NCBI GenBank assembly: GCA_964653595.1
Contig: CAZZHH010000003.1
Location: forward strand, 37,957-101,956
DNA: 64,000 nucleotides
Direction of reading: 5' to 3'
Source of the DNA: an uncultured Lentimicrobiaceae bacterium
Lineage (GTDB): Bacteria; Bacteroidota; Bacteroidia; Bacteroidales; WCHB1-69
Shown here: positions 35,355-44,070 of the stretch, piece after piece
How the letters are laid out: each line of letters opens with the position of its first letter
Numbering within the stretch: the stretch's first letter is position 1
Made by a program: the position numbers and the translations under genes
Notes under the pieces: generated by a model
What the model saw: the letters and a program-made list of their open reading frames with translations, nothing else
Told to the model about the DNA's origin: nothing
The model's database searches: none

Positions 35355-35930
35355 TTATTCAATTGGTGTAATATTTATACTGCTTATAAATGTATCATAG
35401 TTTGATCGATCGATTGTGATTTTCAGTTTTTGTTTTTTAACTATGTTGTCTTTAAACATTTCATCATCAAGCATTGCGGGTTTTTTAAATTTTATTAAAG
35501 TGACAAAATGCTCTAATCCGCAAATTTCATAAAGATATAATTTATTGCGCCTGTAATGTTCTAAAGATTTCAATGCAGAGTTGTTCTTTTCCAGTCTTAA
35601 CTTGAAGTCACCAATCACATCCTTATAACTATCTATCGGAAAGCATGATCGGTGTACTTTGTACATACAATCCTGTAAATACAAATTGTCTTTTCCCTTT
35701 ATTTGCATAATGAGTGTATTTACCGCATCCATCAATACAAGTTCCGACATAAACTCGATATTGCCCAATTTATCGTCAAGTTTATTAAATTGCTTTATTT
35801 TTTCATCTGTGATATCAATTTCCAAATCATAAAATTGATACAAAATTTCAGAACCTCTATCTTGTGCAATGAACTCTTTAATGTATTTAATGATTTTTTC
35901 TTTCAATTCTTTTGACATATAAGCAACCAT
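35355..35930 (-). CDS. hypothetical protein (191 aa)
   Basis: Follows 35931..36263 directly (TAAATG); GAAAG SD. Confidence 0.75.
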   Translation of the reverse strand: MVAYMSKELKEKIIKYIKEFIAQDRGSEILYQFYDLEIDITDEKIKQFNKLDDKLGNIEFMSELVLMDAVNTLIMQIKGKDNLYLQDCMYKVHRSCFPIDSYKDVIGDFKLRLEKNNSALKSLEHYRRNKLYLYEICGLEHFVTLIKFKKPAMLDDEMFKDNIVKKQKLKITIDRSNYDTFISSINITPIE

Positions 35931-36263
35931 TTAACTTTCATGAACTTGTTTGAATTCGATAGTATTCGTTACCAATTTCGAGTATTTACCTCTATGGATA
36001 ACTTGTTTAGGATTACAGTCTGGACCATATTTGGCAACCTGACCAAACAACCTATCTTCTACCCAGTTTTGAATGTTCTTTCCCGTTGTACGCAAATCCA
36101 CCAAGAACCTATAATTCTTTCCGAATACTGTCCATGCGCAAAAATCCGCAATATCCCTTAGTGTAATTTCGCTCGTGGGGATTGACATACACCTCGCCCA
36201 ACCGTGTAATTGTTCCTGTGAAAACTCCACAGTCTTATCGCCAATTTGAAACTTATAATTCAT
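35931..36263 (-). CDS. hypothetical protein (110 aa)
   Basis: AAGAAAGG SD; co-transcribed with the LRR gene upstream. Confidence 0.75.
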   Translation of the reverse strand: MNYKFQIGDKTVEFSQEQLHGWARCMSIPTSEITLRDIADFCAWTVFGKNYRFLVDLRTTGKNIQNWVEDRLFGQVAKYGPDCNPKQVIHRGKYSKLVTNTIEFKQVHES

Positions 36264-36275
36264 TTTTTACCTTTC

Positions 36276-37457
36276 TTATTTTTTATTCCATTTTTCAAGA
36301 AATTCTTTATCTAATTTTGTACATCCACAAAATACATAATTGCCAATACTTTCAATCGAGTTTGGTAATGTAACATTTGTTAAATTTGTACAATTTTGAA
36401 ATGCACCGTCACCAATACTCTTAATCGAATTAGGCAATATAACATTTGTTAAACTTATACATCCATAAAATACATAATTACCAACACTCTCAATTGAATC
36501 AGGCAATATAACATTTGTTAAATTTGTACAACCATCAAACACATAACCACCAATACTCTTAATCGAATCAGGCAATATAATGTTTGTCAAACTTGTACAC
36601 CACAAGAATGCACCGTTACCAATACTCTTAATCGAATCAGGCAATATAACATTTGTTAAACTTGTACATCCATAAAATACATAATTACCAATACTCTTAA
36701 TCGAATCAGGCAATACAACACTCGTTAGATTTATACAATATTCAAATGCACCATATCCAATGTTCTCAACCGAATCTGGTATCACAATATCTGTAAAATT
36801 CCAACATCTATCAAACGCATAACCACCAATACTCTTAATCGAATCAGGCAATATAATGTTTGTCAAACTTGTACATCCACAAAATACATAATTGCCAATA
36901 CTTTCAATCGAGTTTGGTAATGTAACATTTGTTAAATTTGTACAATTTTGAAATGCACCGTCACCAATACTCTTAATCGAGTTTGGCAATATAATGTTTG
37001 TCAAACTTGTACACCCCAAGAATGCACCGTCACCAATACTATTAATCGAATTAGGTAGCGTAACATTTGTTAAACTTGTACATCCATAAAATACATAATT
37101 ACCAATACTTTCAATCGAATCAGGCAATATAACACTTGTTAAATTTGTACATCCATAAAATACATAATTACCAATACTTTCAATCGAGTTTGGCAATATA
37201 ATGTTTGTCAAACTTGTACAACCATCAAACACATAACCACCAATACTTTCAATTGAATCGGGTAATATAACGTTTGTCAGGCTTGTGCAGCGAAAAAATG
37301 ATTTATTTAAAACGCCTACAACTCTGTATGCAATATTGTCAATATTTAAAATACGAGGAATTGTTACATTAACAACACTCCTGTCTGCCTTATAGACTTT
37401 GGCTGTGTTATTTTTATATAATTTATATGTGATACCATCTTGTGTGAATTGTTTCAT
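36276..37457 (-). CDS. BspA-type LRR protein made of ~15 near-identical 23-aa units
   Basis: Trimmed to ATG 37455-37457; LP(D/N)SI(E/K)SIGNYVF(Y/C)GCTSLTN(V/I)I repeated; contains a perfect 110-bp internal DNA repeat. Confidence 0.85.
   Translation of the reverse strand: MKQFTQDGITYKLYKNNTAKVYKADRSVVNVTIPRILNIDNIAYRVVGVLNKSFFRCTSLTNVILPDSIESIGGYVFDGCTSLTNIILPNSIESIGNYVFYGCTNLTSVILPDSIESIGNYVFYGCTSLTNVTLPNSINSIGDGAFLGCTSLTNIILPNSIKSIGDGAFQNCTNLTNVTLPNSIESIGNYVFCGCTSLTNIILPDSIKSIGGYAFDRCWNFTDIVIPDSVENIGYGAFEYCINLTSVVLPDSIKSIGNYVFYGCTSLTNVILPDSIKSIGNGAFLWCTSLTNIILPDSIKSIGGYVFDGCTNLTNVILPDSIESVGNYVFYGCISLTNVILPNSIKSIGDGAFQNCTNLTNVTLPNSIESIGNYVFCGCTKLDKEFLEKWNKK
36319..36428. repeat. 110-bp perfect direct repeat, copy 1 (inside LRR gene)
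   Basis: Identical to 36871-36980; offset 552 bp = 8 LRR units, in frame. Confidence 0.8.
36871..36980. repeat. 110-bp perfect direct repeat, copy 2
   Basis: Identical to 36319-36428. Confidence 0.8.
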
Positions 37458-37494
37458 TTTAAAATAACCTTTCATTTTGTTGTTTTGTATAATG

Positions 37495-37527
37495 AGATTA
37501 CAATTGAGCTGATACTTTATTCACAAA
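37495..37527 (-). promoter_or_regulatory. promoter module for the 37457-35355 three-gene unit
   Basis: GTGAATAAA-N12-TTGTAATC; divergent partner at 37569. Confidence 0.6.
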
Positions 37528-37568
37528 TTTTGAATTTTTGTTTCATGAAGAAGAAAATAAAAAATTCC

Positions 37569-37598
37569 ATGAATAAAAATTAATTGCCACTGTATAGA
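37569..37598 (+). promoter_or_regulatory. plus-strand promoter module for 37635..37913
   Basis: ATGAATAAA-N13-TGTATAGAAC in + orientation. Confidence 0.6.
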
Positions 37599-37634
37599 AC
37601 AGGTACTAAATACAAATACTAAAGGAAATGTATT

Positions 37635-37913
37635 ATGAACGAAGATGCATTGAAACAAGTGTATCAGGTGGTTCTTACAGAAGGAAAAGACGTTATCGTA
37701 AAGATTGCAGATATTTTTGCCAAAAACGTTGAACAGGAAAATAAAACAAATAAGCCTATTACGGTTTTTGTTTTCGGAACACAAGATGGGGCCGTAGGTT
37801 GTCAATGTATGGACGAATTAATCACCATGAGCGATGAAGACAAAGTGAAGACAATGAATTTGTTTATTGATCACCTTACCATGGTTTCAAAAATGCAAGA
37901 AATGTTGAATTAA
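37635..37913 (+). CDS. Fam-P protein (single domain), plus-strand gene
   Basis: Own + oriented promoter, AAAGGAAAT SD and terminator; MNEDALKQVYQVVLTEG... aligns with each half of 24755..25213. Confidence 0.7.
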   Translation: MNEDALKQVYQVVLTEGKDVIVKIADIFAKNVEQENKTNKPITVFVFGTQDGAVGCQCMDELITMSDEDKVKTMNLFIDHLTMVSKMQEMLN

Positions 37914-37943
37914 TGTAAACAAGACGAAGCACCAGAATAATAT

Positions 37944-37972
37944 AACGCCCTGTGAAAATAGGGCGTTTTTTC
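37944..37972 (+). terminator. intrinsic terminator after 37635..37913
   Basis: AACGCCCT-loop-AGGGCGTT then TTTTT. Confidence 0.8.
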
Positions 37973-37991
37973 TTAAAAACATTCAAATTTC

Positions 37992-38021
37992 ATGAATAAG
38001 TATTCGTTTCGGTGGTAATAC
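37992..38021 (+). promoter_or_regulatory. plus-strand promoter module for 38100..38561
   Basis: ATGAATAAG-N12-TGGTAATAC in + orientation. Confidence 0.5.
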
Positions 38022-38099
38022 GTATTCACAGAAGACGCATTCCGTGCGACAAAAAACAATCAAGACGATGAACGTAATGTAACAAATTTTGTCTCTGGA

Positions 38100-38561
38100 T
38101 TGTATAATGAACTCCCCTACTTTACACGGGAAGATAATCAATATTATGAAGCAGGCAGGTTATGTGCAAGATATATTCATGCATTTCATGCGAATTCGGC
38201 TGATAAACCACAGTTGTTACAAGACGCAAATACGATAAAATATCATCATGAATCTGAAAATCTTATTTGCGACCTTATTGATTCGGCTACTAAGCATTTA
38301 GAACAAAACCGTTCTGTTATAGAACTGACTGACAATGCCTTGAAGAACATGCCCGAATCATATAACCTTACAACCGTTAAAATTGTCAACAGCATGTATA
38401 ACATGGAAGAGTTAGGTAAATATATCCATCGTGACACTTTAAATTTCATTAATGATTGGCAAGATGAACTTATTTGCAACCATGGTAATGAATACCAATT
38501 CAATATTGCCCGTGGGTTGATTAATATCATGATGGGGTTCGAACACATGCTCGATGAATAA
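38100..38561 (+). CDS. Fam-B paralog on the plus strand, canonical start missing
   Basis: Track start is a TTG. Similarity to Fam-B N-termini (FTEDAFRATKNNQDDERNVTNFVSGLYNE) extends in frame up to 38019, with no ATG/GTG/TTG there. Promoter motif at 37992-38021. Confidence 0.5.
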   Translation: MYNELPYFTREDNQYYEAGRLCARYIHAFHANSADKPQLLQDANTIKYHHESENLICDLIDSATKHLEQNRSVIELTDNALKNMPESYNLTTVKIVNSMYNMEELGKYIHRDTLNFINDWQDELICNHGNEYQFNIARGLINIMMGFEHMLDE

Positions 38562-38566
38562 AGAAC

Positions 38567-38597
38567 AGGCGGTCATTTCTGACCGCCTAAATTTTTT
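38567..38597 (+). terminator. intrinsic terminator after 38100..38561
   Basis: AGGCGGTC-ATTTCT-GACCGCCT then AAATTTTTT. Confidence 0.75.
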
Positions 38598-38610
38598 ACG
38601 TGGGGTTGTG
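38594..38610 (+). repeat. 17-mer family, degenerate copy
   Basis: TTTTACGTGGGGTTGTG. Confidence 0.4.
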
Positions 38611-38615
38611 GGTTT

Positions 38616-39329
38616 TTAAATTGAAGTTATTTGTTTCCTAAATAACGGCTTCATCTCAATGCAATGAAACGACATAAATCCGTGTTCAATATTATTATAA
38701 ACACATAGTTTTTTAATAGATTTACAGTTTTCAAAAGCTCGTTGTCCGACAACTTGAAGTGCATAAGGCAACGAAGTTAATTTCATTTTCACACAGTTGA
38801 AGAATGCGGATTCACCAAGACATTGCAAAGAAACAGGTAATGTATACATGGTCATTTTCTTACAGTTCCAAAACGCCCTGTCCAAAATAGCTTCAACGGT
38901 TTTCGGTAACATAATGTGTTCAAGGTTTTCACAATCAAAAAACGCTTCATGGTAAATATACTTCAACTCATCATTAAAATCTACATACCGTAAGTTTGTA
39001 CAACTTCCGAATGCCAGCCGTCCAATTGTCTGCAAGGATTTTGGAAGTTTAATGCGTAATAGGTTTTTACAAAAACGAAATACACATGCGCCAATTTCTA
39101 CAATCGTATCGGGCAATTCAATATGTTCAAGTTTGTCACAGTCGGAAAACGCATGGTCAAAAATCTTCACAACAGAATAGGTCACATTCTCATGAACAAC
39201 TTCACTGGGAATAACAATCTTTTCCTGATTATGTAATTCGATTACACGTTTGCATTTATAATACGCACACACCTGTGCTGTCCCATTCGGGAACAGGTCA
39301 TAAAGAATGCCGTCAATAATTGTTTTCAT
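38616..39329 (-). CDS. BspA-type leucine-rich-repeat protein (237 aa)
   Basis: Trimmed to ATG 39327-39329 (MKTIIDGILYDLFPNGTAQV, like other LRR paralog N-termini); no SD; ATG ~6 nt from the -10 (leaderless?). Confidence 0.7.
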   Translation of the reverse strand: MKTIIDGILYDLFPNGTAQVCAYYKCKRVIELHNQEKIVIPSEVVHENVTYSVVKIFDHAFSDCDKLEHIELPDTIVEIGACVFRFCKNLLRIKLPKSLQTIGRLAFGSCTNLRYVDFNDELKYIYHEAFFDCENLEHIMLPKTVEAILDRAFWNCKKMTMYTLPVSLQCLGESAFFNCVKMKLTSLPYALQVVGQRAFENCKSIKKLCVYNNIEHGFMSFHCIEMKPLFRKQITSI

Positions 39330-39357
39330 ACTACATAATACAATTATTGACGGCATT
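39306..39357. repeat. perfect 18-bp inverted repeat centred on a start codon
   Basis: AATGCCGTCAATAATTGT - 16 nt - ACAATTATTGACGGCATT; the spacer contains the ATG (39327-39329) and the -10. Confidence 0.8.
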
Positions 39358-39366
39358 TTATTCAGA
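39335..39366 (-). promoter_or_regulatory. promoter module placed ~6 nt from the ATG of 38616..39329
   Basis: CTGAATAAA-N13-TTGTATTATG TAGT ATG; no SD; spacer forms one arm of an 18-bp inverted repeat. Confidence 0.5.
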
Positions 39367-39394
39367 ACAAAGTGTAGCATTTGGTGCGAATTTT

Positions 39395-39973
39395 TTAACC
39401 CAACCTGCATTCAAAGCTGATTTCCAATAAAATCTTAACAACCACAACCTCTGGGCGATAACAATATTGACCACGAGGCCAAAGTGCCCCGTCATACAAC
39501 ATACCTCTCAACTCACTGTAATCATTCACGTATTCTTTTACGTCTTCCAAATAACAACTCCAATCATTGAAAACCACATGAAGCAGTTGCAGAATAAAAC
39601 TATCTCCCAAGATTGTGTCATGAGTTTCTTCCAAACTGTTCAACCATTGATGAATGTGCGCAATTCCATAATCATGAATCGTGTCGCCAATTACGGAAAA
39701 CACAAGGCCAGCTACAGACTCATAATCACATAGTCGTTTAATATTATAGGCAATTAAATCTTTTGCCGTGTCCAAAGACCTCTGAACTTGCAATGATGGA
39801 ATACAATCCTTTGCGCGCTGGAGTTCCATGTGATGACCGCAATACACACCAAACTGATTCGCCATACCGTCATTGGATATCCCACACATTCCATAGAGGA
39901 AGTCGATAATGGCTTTTTCCTTTTCAATATTCTCTTTAATAAGAGCAATACCTTTTGCGCTTAAAACTTGCAT
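39395..39973 (-). CDS. Fam-B paralog (unknown function)
   Basis: MQVLSAKGIALIKENIEKEKAIIDFLYGMCG. Confidence 0.8.
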   Translation of the reverse strand: MQVLSAKGIALIKENIEKEKAIIDFLYGMCGISNDGMANQFGVYCGHHMELQRAKDCIPSLQVQRSLDTAKDLIAYNIKRLCDYESVAGLVFSVIGDTIHDYGIAHIHQWLNSLEETHDTILGDSFILQLLHVVFNDWSCYLEDVKEYVNDYSELRGMLYDGALWPRGQYCYRPEVVVVKILLEISFECRLG

Positions 39974-40004
39974 GTTTCTAACCTTTCATTTTATTTTGTT
40001 AATA

Positions 40005-40038
40005 TCTAATACAAACAACGCCGTACTTTATTCACAAA
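40005..40038 (-). promoter_or_regulatory. promoter module for 39395..39973
   Basis: GTGAATAAAGTACGG...TTGTATTAG; -35-side element lies in the terminator arm. Confidence 0.6.
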
Positions 40039-40055
40039 TTTCCAATAAAGTACGG
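40021..40055 (-). terminator. hairpin after 40062..40613 whose 3' arm is the next promoter's GAATAAAG element
   Basis: Perfect 12-bp inverted repeat CCGTACTTTATT / AATAAAGTACGG, 11-nt loop. Confidence 0.5.
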
Positions 40056-40061
40056 CTATTA

Positions 40062-40613
40062 TTATTTCACTTGCTCTTTAATATCTGTTAAGAAATCAAT
40101 TATCCATGCCTGTACATGATGGATATCGCAATTCTTTTCAGGAAACGATGTTTCTTTCATGAACATATTCTCTGTGAAATACACATAACCTGTTGATTGG
40201 TCACGAAATTCTTCATGTTTAATGTGTTCCATACCTGCGTACAAAAGATGAAGAACGATACTGCAAACATAAACCGAATGCATATTCGTTTCCATCCATG
40301 TAATCCATTGCCGAATATTATACAGTGTTACTGTGTTGCGAACAACAGAGTCGGTCAGTTCTTCACAAATTCCCTGATTATGCATTTGGTAAAGCTTATT
40401 CAGCAACACACCTTTTGCCTCAATCACATGATTATTCATTAAGCAATTGTATGCACGTTCCAAATCCATATAAATACCACAATGACGACCAACGATATTT
40501 GCCGTATTGTTATTTGGAATGTTGCACAAACCGAGTATGAATTCCACAACCTCCAATTCATTCTCGATATTGTTCTTGATAAGTTCATAACCTTGTTCGG
40601 TTAAAAATTTCAT
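40062..40613 (-). CDS. Fam-B paralog (unknown function)
   Basis: MKFLTEQGYELIKNNIENELEVVEFILGLCN. Confidence 0.8.
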   Translation of the reverse strand: MKFLTEQGYELIKNNIENELEVVEFILGLCNIPNNNTANIVGRHCGIYMDLERAYNCLMNNHVIEAKGVLLNKLYQMHNQGICEELTDSVVRNTVTLYNIRQWITWMETNMHSVYVCSIVLHLLYAGMEHIKHEEFRDQSTGYVYFTENMFMKETSFPEKNCDIHHVQAWIIDFLTDIKEQVK

Positions 40614-40681
40614 TGCTTGATACCTTTCGTTTTGTTTTGTAATATCTAATACAAACCGTGAGGATAATTATTCACAATTTC

Positions 40682-41446
40682 TTACTTTTTCTTTTTCAGT
40701 GTTTTTTCGTACTCTTCCAGTCTGATTTTGCGAATATATGTTCTGTCGAAACTGCGAACAACAAGACCTTCAGCCGTTCCGCAAGTATCAATCCCTGCTT
40801 GCGTATTGGCATACTGTTTCAGGAATTCGTACATATCTTCCACATTTTGCGGCAACTGTGAAATATCCACCTCACACAATGACGGAACCATATATAAGCC
40901 GTTCTGCTTGCAGAAATTTTCAATTTCCGTTACGTTCATAAAACCCAACCCGCCATTTTCCCGCCAATGTGAGATGGCATCTAACGGCATGGCTTGAATA
41001 CGTTCCATTGTCTCTTTGCTGATTCTTGCAACGTCAAAAACTCTATAACCAACCTGATTGGAATTCGTATAATTGATTTTCCCTTTACCGATATTCCCGC
41101 CATAAACTTCACCATAGACAATGACAATATCATCACCAGTATCAACCGACATAAGCTTTTCAGCAACGGGAATGAGATTTTCCACAATGCCCAGTGTCGG
41201 ATTAAGAATCCTGTCGCCCTTTGCATGGAGCATGTGTTCCCTTGAACCGATAATATAATCATTTTTATAAAGAATGATTCGTGTATTCGTTCCGTCAACT
41301 TTTTCTGTGATATAACCCTTTAACGAGCTATCTACTTTGACCAAAACGTTTTCTTTCAATCCACCTTTACCATCCAATTCGTGATAGGTAAAGATTGACG
41401 GATATTTTGTTGCTGTGTTTGATTTTTCCAAATTTTTAAAAAGCAT
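40682..41446 (-). CDS. ATP-dependent RNA ligase-type nucleotidyltransferase
   Basis: Motif I EKVDGTN (KxDGxN), VIVYGEVYG, motif IV AEGLVVR, motif V IRKIRLEEY; 254 aa. Confidence 0.8.
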   Translation of the reverse strand: MLFKNLEKSNTATKYPSIFTYHELDGKGGLKENVLVKVDSSLKGYITEKVDGTNTRIILYKNDYIIGSREHMLHAKGDRILNPTLGIVENLIPVAEKLMSVDTGDDIVIVYGEVYGGNIGKGKINYTNSNQVGYRVFDVARISKETMERIQAMPLDAISHWRENGGLGFMNVTEIENFCKQNGLYMVPSLCEVDISQLPQNVEDMYEFLKQYANTQAGIDTCGTAEGLVVRSFDRTYIRKIRLEEYEKTLKKKK

Positions 41447-41456
41447 ATCATTAAAC

Positions 41457-41502
41457 CTTTCGTTTCATAATGTTTAATACAATTAAAGCTGAACTTTATT
41501 CA
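41457..41502. repeat. 46-nt exact intergenic duplicate, copy 1
   Basis: CTTTCGTTTCATAATGTTTAATACAATTAAAGCTGAACTTTATTCA; copy 2 at 42521-42566. Confidence 0.75.
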
Positions 41503-41506
41503 CAAG
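41475..41506 (-). promoter_or_regulatory. promoter module for the RNA ligase gene
   Basis: GTGAATAAAGTTCAGCTTTAATTGTATTAAAC; 46-nt block repeated exactly at 42521-42566. Confidence 0.6.
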
Positions 41507-41521
41507 TTCTTAAAAAAGTTA

Positions 41522-41543
41522 GGGGATTCACTTCTGAATCCCC
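41522..41543 (-). terminator. terminator after 41553..42200
   Basis: GGGGATTCA-GAAG-TGAATCCCC then TAACTTTTTT. Confidence 0.75.
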
Positions 41544-41552
41544 CATTTTTAA

Positions 41553-42200
41553 TTAGTCAATTGTACAGTTTTTACACATGATATATGGACCAAAAGAACA
41601 ATCATCAAACCTACAATTCTTCCAAAAGAAACAATCTTCAGCAAACGAGCATGAACTGAATTTAGAGTAACCATCAAACAGTTCTCTGTTACCAAAAGCA
41701 CATTCGTAAAAAGTAATTCCATTGTTAAAATAACACTCGTCACCGAATTTACAGCCACTGCCAAACTCTTTTGTGTCTTCAAATCTACAATGCTCACCGA
41801 ATGTATTGTTATTGCCGAATGTTGTTTCCTGTTCACGTGCATCATCATCAAACCATAGCCCAGTAAATAAACAATCATTGCCGAATGTATTGCCATCACC
41901 GTATGATGTGACATTGTAAAATTGGCATTTGTTTTTAAATTTATTATTATTCCCGATTGTAATACTGTCTGAATTCACAAGACCGACAACATCTCCATCG
42001 TAATCAGCACGCAACTGACACCCACTCGGAAATACACAATTATAAATGTGCCCACCAAAAATAGTGATTTTATTTTTGAAAATAACTTTGTCTAAAAAAA
42101 AGTTATAATCGAGTCGGAGTGTACCTTCAAATTCACAAACGGTATAGCCATCTGCATTTCTTTCAAGTGCTTCAAAATCCTGCTGTGTATATTGATTCAT
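41553..42200 (-). CDS. Cys-rich hexapeptide-repeat protein (Fam-Q)
   Basis: Trimmed to ATG 42198-42200; NKCQFYNVTSYGDGNTFGNDCLFTG...GSGCKFGDECYFNNG; diverged paralog of 6241..6891. Confidence 0.75.
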   Translation of the reverse strand: MNQYTQQDFEALERNADGYTVCEFEGTLRLDYNFFLDKVIFKNKITIFGGHIYNCVFPSGCQLRADYDGDVVGLVNSDSITIGNNNKFKNKCQFYNVTSYGDGNTFGNDCLFTGLWFDDDAREQETTFGNNNTFGEHCRFEDTKEFGSGCKFGDECYFNNGITFYECAFGNRELFDGYSKFSSCSFAEDCFFWKNCRFDDCSFGPYIMCKNCTID

Positions 42201-42344
42201 TGTTTTGATACCTTTCATTTTGTTTTATTTGTTTTATAATATCTGATACAGTTTAAATTCGATTTTATTCATGAATTTTCAATTTTTAATTGCGAAATAT
42301 GACCACCTCCAATATTAATAATATTAATTATTGCCAATATTGCC

Positions 42345-42509
42345 TTATATAACTCTCTTACAGTTGCATCGGCAATGATATATTCCACTGTAGGACGTAA
42401 AGTTAAATGGTATGAGCCGCTGCCGCTTTTTTTCAATAGCATAATCTCTTTTAGTTATACTTTTTAATACACTGAATGCATGTTGAATTTTCTTCTTTGT
42501 TACATTCAT
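42345..42509 (-). CDS. possible small basic protein (54 aa)
   Basis: GAAAGAGAAT SD + ATG 42507-42509 behind an exact 46-nt copy of the RNA-ligase promoter/leader; below track cutoff. Confidence 0.35.
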   Translation of the reverse strand: MNVTKKKIQHAFSVLKSITKRDYAIEKKRQRLIPFNFTSYSGIYHCRCNCKRVI

Positions 42510-42537
42510 GTTTCTATTCTCTTTCGTTTCATAATGT

Positions 42538-42570
42538 TTAATACAATTAAAGCTGAACTTTATTCATAAT
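42538..42570 (-). promoter_or_regulatory. duplicate of the RNA-ligase promoter/leader
   Basis: Exact 46-nt copy; followed by the 54-codon ORF 42345..42509. Confidence 0.55.
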
Positions 42571-42613
42571 TTGTTAGTATTTTATGCGAATAAGTTTTAG
42601 GGGAAGTAAAAAC

Positions 42614-43195
42614 TTACACCCTATCAATCGTTGTCAGTATTGGAAAAGCATTTTTCCCGATGCTTGTTACCGATGCAGGAATCGTCACAAAAGGTAGATA
42701 GATGCAGTTGTAAAACGCACATTTTCCAATACTTTTCAGTGACGCAGGTAACGTCACGGAAGTTAGACCCATACAGAATGAAAACGCATGGTCTCCGATA
42801 CTCGTCAGTGATGTGGGAAATGACACCGAAGTCAGAGAAGAACAGTGCCAAAACGCCCAGTTTCCGATATTCGTCACGCCGTCATGTATCATTATTGAAG
42901 TTAAATTCGCACACCCTTGAAAAGCCCCGTCTCCAATACTCGTCAGCGACACGGATAGCATTATCGAAGTCAAATCCCAACAGTAGACAAACGCATTGCT
43001 CCCGATACTCGTTACTTTATATTGTTTTTTATTATAGGTAACAAAATTTGGTATTTTACAACTGTCAATATTATTTTGTACAGCACAGACCTTTCCGTCA
43101 CCTACTTGTACCTCTGTATATGATATAACTTTGTATGTAATCTTGTTACGTTTAAATGTTTTTCCTATAACACTTTGTTCCAATACCTCATCCAT
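42614..43195 (-). CDS. BspA-type leucine-rich-repeat protein
   Basis: SIGSNAFVYCWDLTSIMLSVSLTSIGDGAFQGCANLTSIMIHDGVTNIGNWAFWHCSSLTSV. Confidence 0.8.
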   Translation of the reverse strand: MDEVLEQSVIGKTFKRNKITYKVISYTEVQVGDGKVCAVQNNIDSCKIPNFVTYNKKQYKVTSIGSNAFVYCWDLTSIMLSVSLTSIGDGAFQGCANLTSIMIHDGVTNIGNWAFWHCSSLTSVSFPTSLTSIGDHAFSFCMGLTSVTLPASLKSIGKCAFYNCIYLPFVTIPASVTSIGKNAFPILTTIDRV

Positions 43196-43273
43196 ATCCC
43201 ACGTTTCCTTTCATTCTATAATACCTAATACCATTGAGATTAAACTTTATTCATAAATTCTTAAAAAAGTTAG

Positions 43274-43293
43274 GGGATTCAGGAATGAATCCC
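43274..43293 (-). terminator. terminator after 43303..43869
   Basis: GGGATTCA-loop-TGAATCCC then CTAACTTTTTT. Confidence 0.7.
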
Positions 43294-43302
43294 TTTTTAC
43301 AA

Positions 43303-43869
43303 TTATTTCGGTTCAGTAGATTCATACAGACATATCAAGGCAGCTTCGTATGCATTATGACTACATGTTAAAAAGTTTGTAATACAAAATTTATCATGTG
43401 TCCATACATTGTCCTCCGCATAATCTGCGAGCCCTTCAACAGCATAGTAAATAATGTCAAACGGATTATCTGGACAATCTGGATTGAGTTTCTTGGCAAT
43501 TGCACACCATGCGAAATATTGTTCTTCAGGCATTTCAATTTCAAACGCTTTGCCTGTAACAGTAGCAACATCAGGATCGGCAACTGTAAAATCGAGTTTC
43601 AGATTAGAACCTGTAAGCTCATTATATTTTTCGACAAAACTCTTAATCAGAATATTGGCACAAAATACGCCAAACTTATTGCCATCAAAATGATTCTCAA
43701 GAAAACGGCGGTGAAGCGTTGGAATTAAATTATAGTCTTCCATATCATGACTGCTATAACTTTCAACTTCACGGTCCATCATAATGTCACAAGGTTCTGT
43801 TTTTACATTGTACTTATACAGGTTGTTATAAAATAATACTTTGATTGTTTTATTAGTTGCTGTGTTCAT
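43303..43869 (-). CDS. Fam-A paralog (unknown function)
   Basis: IKVLFYNNLY...LTGSNLKLDFTVAD...FEIEMPEEQYFAWCAIA. Confidence 0.8.
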   Translation of the reverse strand: MNTATNKTIKVLFYNNLYKYNVKTEPCDIMMDREVESYSSHDMEDYNLIPTLHRRFLENHFDGNKFGVFCANILIKSFVEKYNELTGSNLKLDFTVADPDVATVTGKAFEIEMPEEQYFAWCAIAKKLNPDCPDNPFDIIYYAVEGLADYAEDNVWTHDKFCITNFLTCSHNAYEAALICLYESTEPK

Positions 43870-43990
43870 GTTTGATACCTTTCATTTATTTTGTTAATAC
43901 CTAATATACATAAGCAGGTACTTTATTCATCAATTTTGATTTTTTATTTCATGCGAAGCGTTTTTATTTATTACATATAAACACATTACA

Positions 43991-44006
43991 TTTTACGTGT
44001 GGTATA
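43991..44006 (+). repeat. 17-mer family, degenerate copy
   Basis: TTTTACGTGTGGTATA. Confidence 0.4.
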
Positions 44007-44042
44007 AGATAGAATATCTTGCACAAAATGCGAATGAGTTTT

Positions 44043-44064
44043 AGGGGAAGCCGAAACTTCCCCT
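44043..44064 (-). terminator. terminator after 44071..44601
   Basis: AGGGGAAG-loop-CTTCCCCT. Confidence 0.7.
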
Positions 44065-44070
44065 GTCAAT

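Noticed and set aside
36276-37457. Diversity-generating retroelement targeting the repetitive LRR gene
   Set aside because: No reverse transcriptase gene is in the window. The 110-bp repeats are perfect, rather than a template/variable pair differing at adenines.
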